NCBI GenBank assembly: GCA_000934665.2
Contig: JYFJ02000049.1
Span: 62,001 to 126,000 of the forward strand
Length of the DNA stretch: 64,000 nt
From: Catajapyx aquilonaris
Lineage: Eukaryota
Direction of reading: 5' to 3'
Program-made: the position numbers and the translations under genes
In this document: piece after piece, positions 13,701 through 25,880 of the stretch
Numbering within the stretch: the first letter of the stretch is position 1
How the letters are laid out: each line of letters opens with the position of its first letter
Notes under the pieces: generated by a model
The model's input: only the letters and a program-made list of their open reading frames with translations
Told to the model about the DNA's origin: nothing
The model's database searches: none

Positions 13701-15247
13701 CAGTGTATGTCACACATCCTGCTGCCAGGTCAATGCAGGAAATTGTGACCAATGTTTTTACGACGGGGAAGACCTCGCATTAGCAAGTCTAATGCCAAGT
13801 GGGATCTCCCTCGGCTTAAAGTGTGCATGTGAATCGGTGTGTGTGTTTACAAGCCAGCCCATCCCTCTTGTTCAGTCACATAAATTATTGGCGCGGTTAT
13901 CTCTAGACACACCGCTTCGGTTTTCTTCTTCAAAAAGCCGGCGATGTTGGATGTTGACGAGAGCAAACATTGTTAAGCTGGTCTTCCCCGGGTGCAGTTG
14001 AAAGTGCAGGCATTCCGGAATTCCAAACTGCCCCTTGCTATCGCCCTGGCATTTGGTCTGCAGAGCGTGCTTCGGGTGCAACCAGAATTGCTTCGAACCA
14101 GTCGTTTGTACGAGATTCACCCTAAAGCCAAGATGTGCCACTGCACATCTCTTCTGTATATCAAATTTTGCAATATTTAATTTTATGTTCGATGTCGGTG
14201 TGCGATATGAGCAATTTCGGTTTTTCATACAGCACAGCTTCTGGTTGTAAGTATGTGCTCGAGTGTACACTTTTAGTGCAAAATATGCCAAAAAATGAGC
14301 AAGTTGCGAGCAACTTTCTTCTTGAAACGCCCCGAGGCAGCAGAAGAGTCGGGCTCATTTCGTCGCCCTATGGCCTTTGACTTGCCTCCCTTGTCATTTG
14401 CATAAGTGAGTTCACGAAACTTGAAATGTTTCCTCCACAGTTTACTCCCATCCGCTTCTTTTTTGTGTCAAAATGTATACTTTCTGAACTCCCACGGAGC
14501 TGTTCAAACCCCATTTTTGTGCTCCCGTACTTGTATGCCTTCCACCGATTTTATTATTTTCCTTCCCTCTCAAACAGGTTTTTATTATCTCCTCCCGGGT
14601 CCCTCTCGCAGAAGGAAAACTCTCACAATGAAACCACACAGTTTGCCCAAGAGCTTTCCTTTTGTGGCAGCCAGCTATGGCTATGCTGCCCTAGAGCCTT
14701 TGTCCTGCTGCCTACTACATTCAGGCCTTATCAGCCATTTTCGTCACAAAGTGGTATCAATAAATTCCTTCCAGGGTTTGTCATAACAAAATCCTCCTGG
14801 CTAAGCCGCTTGGATGTCAGAAATGTTTCCAGGAAGTGCCGCGACTTTGACTTGCAGATTAGAGCCCAAAAGTTGAGGCGTCAGACTTGTATATTTCTTA
14901 CAAGTTCTTACATATCGAAACATGTCTGGAGGACATGGTAACAAAAGGAAGCTCCTTTCTCGTTTAAAAGGATATAGGCTCAATTTGCTCTCATCGTAAT
15001 CGAATCAATAGCGAGAGAGCTCGTCTCGAAGAAAACGGGGACCCCAGCTCTGTTATAAGAAAAATACAGTAGTAATATTGTTGGCTCCGTAATGGAATTT
15101 ACATTCGTAGAATTCCGTACTTCGTTGTATTAATCTAGTTTCTTGGCCCTCGAAATGCAATAATAGCATTCTTCCAATTGCTTTTGCGACAAAAGAGGTC
15201 GATAATACAGATTGAGCTCTTCCCGGATGTGCTGATATTAAGAAGTT

Positions 15248-15340
15248 TAGTGATCGTCCGTAAACCTGATTTTTTGGAATTTTTTTGACCCCCAGGTCAC
15301 AGTCGCTGGGTCAGACCCTCCCTTCTAAAATACGTTAGGT
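15248..15340 (+). mobile_element. Degenerate short MITE-like relic
   Basis: TAGTGATCGTCCGTAAAC...TTTTTTGACCCCC...CAGACCCTCCCTTCTAAAATACGT resembles, from memory, arthropod MITEs of the GGGGTCGTCCATAAA...TTTTGACCCCCTCCCC type. No paired TIR found. Confidence 0.25.
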
Positions 15341-16973
15341 TTTTTTCAGTTTTATTCCCTTCACAAAATATTGAATCAAGTACTGACTTCCTCTTGCCAG
15401 GGTAACGTACTTTACATCTACTGTACATTGTACTACAACATCGATATGATATGGCTAGAAACATAATGGTGACAGCATAATATCAGGCCTGTAAAGACAT
15501 AAAAAAGTGCAACCTTATTTCATTAGCCAGAAGGGCCCATAAATTCCGGATCTCATTGCTATTGGTACCCGGTAAAGCATCCATAAAGCCTGAAGCAGCA
15601 CGTATCGTAAAAGTCGGAAACGTTTTCCGGCGTATAGCAAAAAAAGCTATAGCGTCCGGCTATTGGACATGTCCACTTGAGTGGCAGGCCTCATTAGTCA
15701 CTCGCCAGGAGCACGCAAGAAAAGACCGCAATAATGTCCTCAGGTAACCCCATCCCCATGGCAGCTCGGTGGACCCTCATTAGGCAAAGAAGCCAGCCAG
15801 TTTCAGCTTATTTCGTGCTAAAAAGTCAATTTACCCAACGCGAGGGCACACCCAGCGAGCATCATCAATTCAGCAACAAGAAGAAGAAGCGCCTCGGAAC
15901 CGCGCCCTTTTCTTCTCCTTTTCTCTCTCTATAGGTTATACGAAGAACGTATAGTTAGTTAGCTGGTACTTTGAGCTCAGGCCAAGTTCGCATCTGCAGG
16001 AAATGATTTGTCAGAAGCCAACTCTTTTCGTGATGGATGAATAGAAACAATGCTACTCGTTAACTACACGGTTGGTTATTCTCTACTGTCTCCTCTTAAA
16101 GTTGGGGGTTCACATGGATGTCGTTGTGGTTGGGACGCTATGTTTCAAACACTCATCTGGTAGTGAAAATAATATTCCAGCTTACAAGCTCCTGCACACT
16201 CCTACTTCTTCGAAAAAGGTCGCAGTTCGCACACTTTACGACTGTTGCTCCAAAGGTTACAGCTGTTTATAGTTCTTGCACTGCCAACAGACGCACATTT
16301 GTCCGATCAGTGCACAACCGTTGCATGTCGTCACGTGAAACACGGTCGGGGTCTCGCACATAAAATAACACCGTGCCTTTGTACGTAAATTTTCTCCGGC
16401 AGCAGGTCACTCTTTGGTATAGCATTCAGGCTCTTGACCGCGCGGTCTTTTCTGGAAATCTGTGCCTCGACAGCTGAATCTATCTTCCGGGTATAGCAGC
16501 ATCTGAAGAGAAGCTGCCAAGTCGAGCACTTGGCGGAAAGCACTCAGATAGCCTCGGCCTCCGACAATAAATCCTGCCGACAAGCGCATCCATCGGACCG
16601 ATAGTCCTCTCCGTAGGGAAATTTCAGAACTGCGGGCAATTGCCGATAGCGAGAGTCATAATTCAAAACACCCCTTTTTTTTCCCTTCCCCACCCTGTAC
16701 CACCAGCACCATCAGACAGATTTTTTTGGAGGTTGGCAGCTGCGAGGTGGAATTTTTCGCACGACTTGGGCGGATATATCGAGGGGGGAGGATATTTGAC
16801 TGGGTACAGTAGTCCGTAAAGATGAAGGCTGAAGACAGGATACTCGTGTGGTGATGGATGACCAGCGTGTAATGGTAATGTTGTCCTGATAGCGGCTCCT
16901 GGCCTTCCTCGAGAGCCTCAATTGAGAGAAGATTGACGACCTTTTGGCCAAAAACCATTACGCGGTCTTTCAT

Positions 16974-17011
16974 ACAGGGTGTTCAGTAATAATGCCAATA
17001 TCACACCCTGT
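16974..17011. mobile_element. Collapsed (~36 bp) Tc1/mariner-type mini element
   Basis: ACAGGGTGT (16974-16982) and ACACCCTGT (17003-17011) form a perfect 9-bp inverted repeat. Left end TACAGGGTGTTCAGTAATAAT matches the reverse complement of 37179-37199 at 19/21. Confidence 0.55.
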
Positions 17012-17437
17012 GGCCAATGGGCTTCATCCTTATGACTTGAAATGGTTTTTTGGTGGCCAGGAAACTCATACTTCGCACCTATTGTAAGTCATCGCCTCTG
17101 GATTTCATTTGCATTGCAAGTAGGTCAATAGTTATTTACTGCACAAGAATTGAAAGATTGGTGAGCGATATATCAAACCAGCAGCAGTGTACGTACATCC
17201 CGTGACGTGTGAAGTGGACGGTAGTGTAATAGTTAAACACGGTCGAAGGCGCGTGAAAATAGCCGTAAAACTGTGGAGTCGAAAAGGCAAACTCTCACCA
17301 TTTTTGATCTCCTCTAATTTTGAAGGCAAACGAATATAAACCCAACCAACTATTACTAAATCATGATTTTCAATTTCCGGCGAGGACGCGTGTCCTATCC
17401 TATCCCAGTTAGGCACTTCAATATATCCTCGGGGAAT

Positions 17438-17448
17438 TAATCTGATTA
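17438..17448. promoter_or_regulatory. P3 paired-class homeodomain dimer site
   Basis: TAATCTGATTA matches TAATYNRATTA. Confidence 0.25.
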
Positions 17449-20400
17449 AGAGCTTTTAGAGCTTTTAGTCGGCTCTTTAATCTTGTAATGTAAATGCCCG
17501 TTATGACACAACTAATTTGCCTTTCGTCGTCGCAGTTACAGTTTGCTAATATTTTATGGCTCGAGACTCGAAAACGCGATTGTGAGCTTCGACACCAGAC
17601 GCGACGCCCGACCGTCACCAATATTATGGGAGTGGAAAAAGTGGCCTATATACGTATGTTTAGCAGTGATTCCGACAAAGTTCTATTATGGCATCTGTTA
17701 TGTCAAGCCAAAGTAAAACAACATAATAATAACAACGCCTTCATTTAAAATTAAGCATGCTACGAAGCGAGGAGGGAAGCATACCTGTCAGGATATTTTC
17801 CACTTGTGTTTGAACCGTATAATTCTGCCACTTGCACATAAAATGATATATCACTGCCCCTAAATTCACCCTAAAACAAAGTCGGTATTATTGCGACACA
17901 CAATGCCACGGCGAAGTGTGACCGTAACTCAAACGTACCACCTGCACATAACTCATTGCGCATATCGTACAACTTCCTCGTAAAACACCACGATAATAAA
18001 TAATCACAACCCATGTTGAATACACTAACAACACAAGATAAGGTTACAGGTTTCACTCCTTCCAGCAGAAGCAGGTTGGCAGTATTTCAGGATAAAGTTA
18101 TAGCGCTGCTGGCTCACCTGAATGTTACATAATATTCAGCCCGAGCTATTAGCCGCACAGTAGCTTAATCAGGGCAAGTAATTGGGGTCTGATAACTGGT
18201 TCCCGTGATAACACACGTGCTTTCGGAGCAGGCATTAATTTCCCCCTCGTAATCATTCTAAAAGGGAATCGGTTTTCTGAGCTGCCGCTTTCCCAGGTGG
18301 GGTCCTCCACCTTCAATTTTGGGAGGTGCGCCTTCATGACCGGAGGATGAGGATTGCAGCTCTTTTGATGGCGTCCGGCCAGAAATTAATTTCCTGGCCC
18401 GAGCGGACAGCCATCCGTTTGTATGTAGGCTGGTTGGGCAGCACCTTGACCCGACCGAGAGTCCCTTCCTAACGAGATGGACTATCGGTTAGGCCGAGAT
18501 AAAGCTGAGTTAGGCCAGCATAAATCAGGGGAAAGGCGCAGTAAGCCGTCTGGGATAACGAGCTTCTTGGTTTTGGGCTGCTGGTGCATGGGATAGGATA
18601 TCACTGGGGGTATATAGGTGTAAGTTCTTAGGAGGTGCATATATAGGGCTGTGTTGTATATGAGTGTGGGAGGCGATGCTGCCTCCTGGCTAAAAGGAGC
18701 AGATGGGCGCGATTGTTCAGACGCGTTTACAGTCACGGACGTGCGCCCTCCCTAAAAATTCAATTCCAACTCACGCCCCAAAAGCTGGCTCTTGCACGCC
18801 TCATTTCGAATTTATCATCCCCATCCGGGCGCATCTTAGATTTCAAGCGATGTGGCCAGCTCTGCTCAGAACCGGATGGCCCTTTCTCCCCTCAGGCATT
18901 ATTACATATCCCTGAATTTACTCCACTCGCAATTTGGCCAATTTATCTAAAATAGAGAAAATACTATGCGCAAATTATTTTCATCAATAATGCACACTCT
19001 TTAATCACATTATATTCAGAAACGATGTGCTCCAAGCAGTCTATAGGGGACGCCAACAAATTACGAGTATCGTTACCAGTATTATCCGAGATGGAGCAGA
19101 TCCTTTTGAGCGTAAGGAAGGGACTAAAAGGTTTCATAGGTCCGTAAGGGAAGGGGAGGAAGCTCAGATCTTATTATCCCCATTTCACCCTCTATTAGCT
19201 GTCGAGATGCTTCAGTGCCCGCCTAGTGCGTGCATTGGGAATGCGCTTCCAGGCCTCTCAATGATGTTCACTCCTTCAACAGAGCCTAAGCTAACTTGTC
19301 TGCCCAACAAGGGTGATATATGAAAGGAAACGCTCGAATAAATCTTGCCCGCTATCTGCCAGGCGAGGCGTGGGGGAAGCTTTATAATATGAATCGTAAA
19401 ATTATCATTTCAAGTTATTAAATCATAACTTACGATAAAAAGGAGGCAGCGAGAGGTGATGGGGGGAAAGAGGGGATGACGGGAGGACCTACTAGGCAAG
19501 ATACCAGGAGAAGAAGAAAAAATTGCTACTTGCCTGCCAGGAAGTGATTACATTTAATGGCAGGATGAGGAACTTTGGTCATTGGTTGAGAAGGACTTGC
19601 AAAAAAGGCCTCTGCTAGACGGCAATTTCATCACTGACTTAACTGATTAGATCGGAGCAGGCACAAGACCATGTTCAGACTAGCGTATAAGCACAAAAAG
19701 AAATAGGCTGCCGCATTAGTCATTTCATAAAGGAGGAACCGTGCCGACCTCCATCACTCTGTAATTAGCCCCCGTTATTACTGACTTCCCCTTTTCTCGA
19801 AAAAACGGCACTAACTCTTCTTTTGCCTAATGAGCACATTGTACGCAATCACGTCATATCATATCACTCCCAGGTGCTTTTCTTTAAACTGGTTACTGGA
19901 ATAAGCAACTCATTGTAGTGGGGGGAAAACCAGCTCAATTATTGCAACATGGCGGGTCTAACACCATTTTTCAAAAATATGACCTTCTACACACTCGGGT
20001 CTAGTTAAATTAGTTAAAACAGTGTGACTCATCCAGCGGTTAGAAAATTTGGTTTGTGGCCCCTGCTGGTGTTGCCTTCTCCCATCAAACAGACGCGTAG
20101 GGGCCAAGACACATTGCAGGACAAGCGTGAAAGACGAGCGCGCAAACACGTCTAATTGGCCATGAACGGGCTCGAAGGCAGACAAAACGCAACTCCCTAG
20201 TTTCATTCGAGCTATTAGCATCTTCGGGAGCAAATAAATTACTAGGGCGTGTCTCCCTTCCCGCCATTCTTCGTAGAAAGCAGACAAAGACAGATTTGGA
20301 CCGTGGGCTATATACCATCGAGAGAGTATTTATCCCCATTGCGTTTGGCGGACCTGTTGCGAGTCAGGAAAATCGGCGGAACCGGGTCTTGTGCCAGCCG

Positions 20401-21458
20401 AGAAGGTCACATTTCCTCCGCCCCGTGTGTTCTTCTGCAGCACACACATCCCCCTGAGGGCTTTCCTCCCCAAGCTCCGCCAGATTAATGCCGACACACC
20501 TTCCTGGGAAGGGTAAGACTAAGAAAAAAGTGTGTGTCATGAAGGATGGCGACGCCGATCCGTTTCCTGACTCGAGCAAATGGGGCCGACTGACTACCAC
20601 CAATGGGGACTTCCTCCCAAACCGTTTTCTCCCTTTGCCCCAAAAATACACTCGCACTATACAAGAACCTCGCACCAAAAACCACGAGGAAATGCAAGAA
20701 GAAGAACGTTAAAAAAAAAAGAGGATTCCGAAAAGTCTACTCTCCTCCCTATCTACTGCTCTGCTGGGCTTTGGAAAGCTGCTAGAATCAATCTTGCCGC
20801 TAATGAAACGCTTGAAAGGAAGGCAAGAGAGGTAAACAGCCGCGACTGTTTTCAAAGCACAAGAGTGGGTTAACCGCTAGACGAAAAGCATACGGACGTC
20901 ACTCGCTTAAAACCATGCATGAGCAGGCCAGATACTTATTCAGAGAAACATTTTGGACAGTTAATTGGCCTTATTGTTTAAATATTACATCAGCTAAGCA
21001 GCTTTCAACAACAGGAATATTTCGTATGTATAAATAAACTTCCCCCTGTTTCGCACTAGACCGATTTCACATCATGTTTTGTCAACTTGATCACCAAAAA
21101 GATGCATCGCATCGGCGCCTCAACACGGCACGAGGCGCCGTGCTTTTCGACTGTTATTTACGACCAGGCCTCTCTTTCTCCCCCCAAAAAAGAATAAGAG
21201 TCAGATTCGACAATCTACTTCCCACATCTGAAGCCCAAGAAAGGCCGGAAGAATCAAAAGACGTGATCACAGTTACGGTGGCGCCCGCACGACAACGACT
21301 GGCCAAAGATCCCCGGTTGAGGTCAGCGTCCCAAGTTTTTGGCCAACAATAAATAAGCGCACCGGATCGCCTAATAACTCCTTTTCCTCCCTCCAGAGGT
21401 TCCGGCCATTTTCCTGCCCCCCTCCAGGTCGGAAATGGAAATCCAGGATCCGGGCGCC

Positions 21459-21815
21459 ATTTGCATGTCCGGCGCCTCATCTCAGGGGAAGCCACCCCGG
21501 ATTTGCATGTGGAGAGGTCTGGACCCTGCACTTTTTAGGACCCCGGTAACTGCCTCCTCCAAATTGATGCACGGCCAGCTCTCTTTGTTCCCCCCCACGT
21601 CTGTCTGCAACCTCCATGACTTTGAGGCTCCAGCAGGCTGCCCCTGCTCAGGAAATGTGGCCGGATCGTATTTATATGTGCCGACCACAGCCAGCCATGC
21701 GGGTTTTCATGCCCTCGCTCAAGTGACTTAACAGCTGTTGTGTGCAGTTGTACCCGCATTTAAGGAGGCGTTGCGCTGTCAGAGAGGGTGACACTCACGG
21801 CTCCAATATTTGCAT
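21459..21815. promoter_or_regulatory. Cluster of three POU octamers (candidate enhancer)
   Basis: ATTTGCAT at 21459, 21501 and 21808; the first two share the extension ATTTGCATGT. Confidence 0.35.
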
Positions 21816-24770
21816 AATGATCGGTCCTGATGTTAGCACTGTAATTTTATATTTAGCGTTAAGGACCAGTTGTAGCAACACAAATTATGCACAGTACTGC
21901 ATGATCTATAACATTAAAATCCTTCGTTGTATATGACCGAGGCTTCCGATTGCCTGCGCCTGCGCATTGGGAGGAGGCAGCGCCTCTGGTGGACGGAAGG
22001 CGGAACTAACTTCCTTCATGAACAACTGCACAATCGCATTAATTTTTATGTACCAGGCACGTGTGACACTAACTGGTAACAGTATGTCGTGTCAGGTGGT
22101 CCAATCCGTTTTGTACGTGTTATCTCTGACTAGCTGTCGCTTTTCACCGTTCGATTCGGGCGTCTAACTTCCCAACAATACTCACGCAACCAGAACACCC
22201 TAACCCGTCGCAATAGCCAGCAATAAACTGCTCCTGATGTGTGTGTTGGGAAGCAGGCAAGAGCTGGGAAAGTAGCACCCGATATTCCCTTGGCTTTTGA
22301 CTCAATGGTATCATGCCCATAAGACCTAACTCTAGCTCTCTCTCTGCTTTCAACGCGCTTTTTGGCTCAGATCCATCGCCTAGGAAAAGTCCCCATTTTA
22401 AAACACGTGCGCTTGCTGCCTAATGTAGGAACCATGTTGCAAAACTGCCGATTACAGCCCGTTTTTCCCGAGAGGTTGCGCTTTTTTCCGTTTTCCCCTC
22501 ACCCTATATAGTACCTTTTAACCAAAAAAAAAGTGAGAGTAGATCACACTTGTCACCCACAAAAAAATGAGCGGAAGAAGTCTCCTGGTCCACCAAATGG
22601 ATCATTGCACTCTTTGGTCCATGTCCCAGAGTGACCATTACAGACGGTCATTTCCCCAAATGCAGCGTGGCACGTGTGTCGTGCCGGGCACGTTGCCCAT
22701 GAGTGATCTTTATACACTGAACAGAGCCGCATTATCATTTCACATTTCGAGGCCCGGTCCTTATGGCGCATTATGTCCTTCGGAAAAAGCCGGCGCTGGT
22801 TAACAAGCCGGATTATGGACCCCTAGATTCCACCAGATAAGCTCAGATGCAAAAAAAAAGGTCGTGATTTGTGCCCCGCTAAGGTTCATGGCTGGCTTTC
22901 CATTTTCTGAAGCGTAGGTTGAGCAGCACCCCCACGAACTTGCTCTCTGGAGAAATAACGTTTTGTTGAGGACGATATTCATGCCAGATATGATGCTGGA
23001 GGCAAAAATGAGCTGAATGAGAAGTGACGGCTGGCTGGGAGCAATCTGGGCTGTGCAGAGCTTCATATGCAACAGCCTTGTGCTCAATTGTGCCAAATTA
23101 AACTACAGATTACTTTGCTACTCAGCCACATTACGGGCTGGGTACATTTCCTTCTCACGTGCAAACAGAAAATTACTCCATTTGTTCTGTTGAATGCTGA
23201 GCTGCTAGAAATGTCATGATCCGAAACCTTGCAATTATTTTCCCACAGTTCCATTCTTTTTTTTGTAGGGTGTTGTTCCGATATTACGGTTCATCTTCTC
23301 TCGGTGGTCAGCAGTTTTCAACAGGAAGAGCACTTTTTGCTTGTATACAAATTACGCTGCAGGAAGCGATTAATTAGACGGGCGGGTCGCTTTTAAAACA
23401 GGATGAATAGTTGCGGTGGGCAAAGGATGCCCAAGATTACGGTTTTGCAACTAATTTGATACGGTGCTAGTGTTTATAATGTGAGTCGTCCAGAAGAATT
23501 CGAGTTGATTACACAACAACTCCCGTGTTGGTAATGAACTCTCTCAGGTTGTTATTATGGTCGAGGAGAACCAGAGGAGACCAAATCGGCTCTCTGACGC
23601 AGTCACAATTTCATAAGCTCCTCTGCACAGACCTGGCCAAAACCCTGTTCTAATTACTTCTGGGATTATCCGCTCAGAGTGTATAGTCACTGAAGTTTAA
23701 TGAATTAGACCGAAGTGCCCTTTGTTTTAAGAGCAAAAAATAATAATACGATTTGTACCGTTGTATTCCATCATGTATTCATTTTATGACAGTGCCAGAG
23801 GCCGGAAAGTTAATTAGGCAGAAGGAACGAGGTGCTAAATATTCTTGATTTCAGGTCTTTAACTGTAATCATACCTTGGTCACTTGATTGGTTTAAAGAG
23901 AACATGTGTCACTGCTATACATGGCAATGACACTTAGAAGGAACGCGGCGTAAAATTTCGACCATTACACCCAGAAACATAGATGCACATCTCATCGGTG
24001 TTGTAATCTTCTCATTAGTGTAGCCACAATAACTAAGGACGGAGGTACGTACAGAGAGCAGTCATTATCCATCATAACTGCTGTATTTCTCCACGCAACT
24101 CCCTCATGCACGTATGGCCTTTCACCCAACAGAGTCGAATCAGCAGAACATCTAGAAAAATGCAAATGACATGAGCTGGGTGCTTCGTGGAATGAACAAG
24201 AGAGAGGTGCATTTTTTTTTTTTTTTGCAGTCTCCTGACCGAAAATTTTTCCCATCATATCCCGGGTGCATACACTGTATAGTTCGGCTCACAATGTGGA
24301 ACTGACTCTCCTATAGTAAACATATTGCACCGTTATTATAAGTGTTGCACATCGACGGTTACCTCTCCCGCGAGTTGTCTCCTTTTGATGTGAACCCCAC
24401 ACAAAAAAAAATCATGCTAAAACCTACAATCTCATTACTGCTTTTGAACTTCCTATACTGATTTTCATCTCCCAAATTATTTCACACAAGCCTCATCATG
24501 GCTCTGCATACACGTTTTCCCCAAAATCTTTCTGGCATTTTTCTACAGCCAACTTCTTGATGGAAGCCCCGAATTGAAGGGCATGTCCTAGCATTTCTAG
24601 GGTCCAGCCAGTGCATGTGGCTCGTAATTGTGCTGACAAACACGAGACTGCGTGCCCCCGAATTGAAACAAACGTCGGTTGTCGCCGGAATGGAAGGCAG
24701 TTGCACGTGATGAGTTGGGAGTGAGAAGTGAAAAGCAGGCTGTAGGGATGGAAAAGAGTTGGTGGTATGA

Positions 24771-24980
24771 GTGTGTGTGTGTGCAGCCTGGAAGCCCGCG
24801 TAATTGGAAGCCACTCTGGCGAAACGGATGTGGAAGTCCCCGGCGCTTGGATGGACGAGTTAATCGCCGAATTTGGCCCCTGGATACCAGCGTCCAGTCT
24901 CCCCTAGGGGATGGATGGATGGGGCGGGAAAAATGGGTGGCAGCCCGGCTGATGGGGAGAGAAAGAGCTAGAGAGAGAGA
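24771..24980 (+). repeat. (GT)6 tract and GA-rich tract flanking a GC-rich block
   Basis: gtgtgtgtgtgtg at 24771-24783; gagagaaagagctagagagagaga at 24957-24980; palindrome TCCCCTAGGGGA at 24900-24911. Confidence 0.6.
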
Positions 24981-25162
24981 AAAAATACTGGGGTTGGAAT
25001 TCAGGAAAGAGCTCATATCGAGTTGACAGACTCTCCCTCGGCAGCCACTGGCATGCCAGATATCCAGTCTGGTTTCATTTGCGGTCATCTGTGCCCGTTG
25101 CCTGGGTCTCCGGAATGTTAGACCTTCCTTCCTCCGGAAAAACTATAGAGAAAAAAAAATAC

Positions 25163-25880
25163 ACACAGGGTGGACCAGGAGAAGTAGCTATTAGCTATAT
25201 AACAGTTATGTGGAGTGGCTCAGCCAAATAGGATCAGTGGGATAAGAGGTCAGTTTTAAGACCCACATGACCTGCAGCAGGACAGGTTCGAGAACCTCCG
25301 CAGGCAGGCTGTAAATTAAATTTGAGTGGCGTTTATCACTCAAGAAAGCCAAAATTGTTTTGCAGATTCTTGTGGGAAAATGTCTCTCCATAAAGTTAAT
25401 TTCATTTCAGGGAGAGTCATGCAACTGATTTCGTCAAATTAAAAAGTAATTTTTACCACCTCTGGCCCTTGATTTTACTCAAAAAGAGTAGGCGTTTCGA
25501 GTTAAATGACGTGTTAAAAACAACTCAATAATATAATTACTGAGTGGTTTTTGGTACAATTGGTGTACAAATTTGGTACATTCATGTGTTGACAACTACT
25601 GACAGGGCATATGTGCCTCAGGTAATTGTTATTAATTAATTAATATTAATTTAGCTAGGTTCAAAATTAATTTCCGCTTAACGAAATGATAGGCTTTGAT
25701 TATTATGAGGGAGACATAATGGATCCCATGATGTCACAATTCCAGCAGCAAATATTTCCACCAATTTTTACCTGGTATTATTTTTAATAACTGTTTGCAT
25801 ATGCAAGTGCTTTTAAACTTTAAAGTATTAGCTACAAACACAGCTCACCCTTGTCATATCATTTCTGAGCCACCCTGTGT
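25163..25880. mobile_element. Decayed Tc1/mariner-type MITE (~715 bp)
   Basis: Perfect 11-bp inverted repeat ACACAGGGTGG (25163-25173) / CCACCCTGTGT (25870-25880), 15/18 when extended inward. AT-rich interior with 16-bp palindrome TATTAATTAATTAATA (25630-25645). Canonical TA target duplication not preserved. Confidence 0.45.

Noticed and set aside
18111..18140. Further CAG|GTGAG junction on the minus strand (also ~44805, ~46330, ~51782) and TAG|GTGAGT on the plus strand at 57188
   Set aside because: No real polypyrimidine tract, so not counted as recursive sites.
21109..21147. GC-rich hairpin followed by TTTT (terminator-like)
   Set aside because: Eukaryotic context with no upstream gene; no CTRR end for a Helitron; a 9-bp stem can arise by chance.
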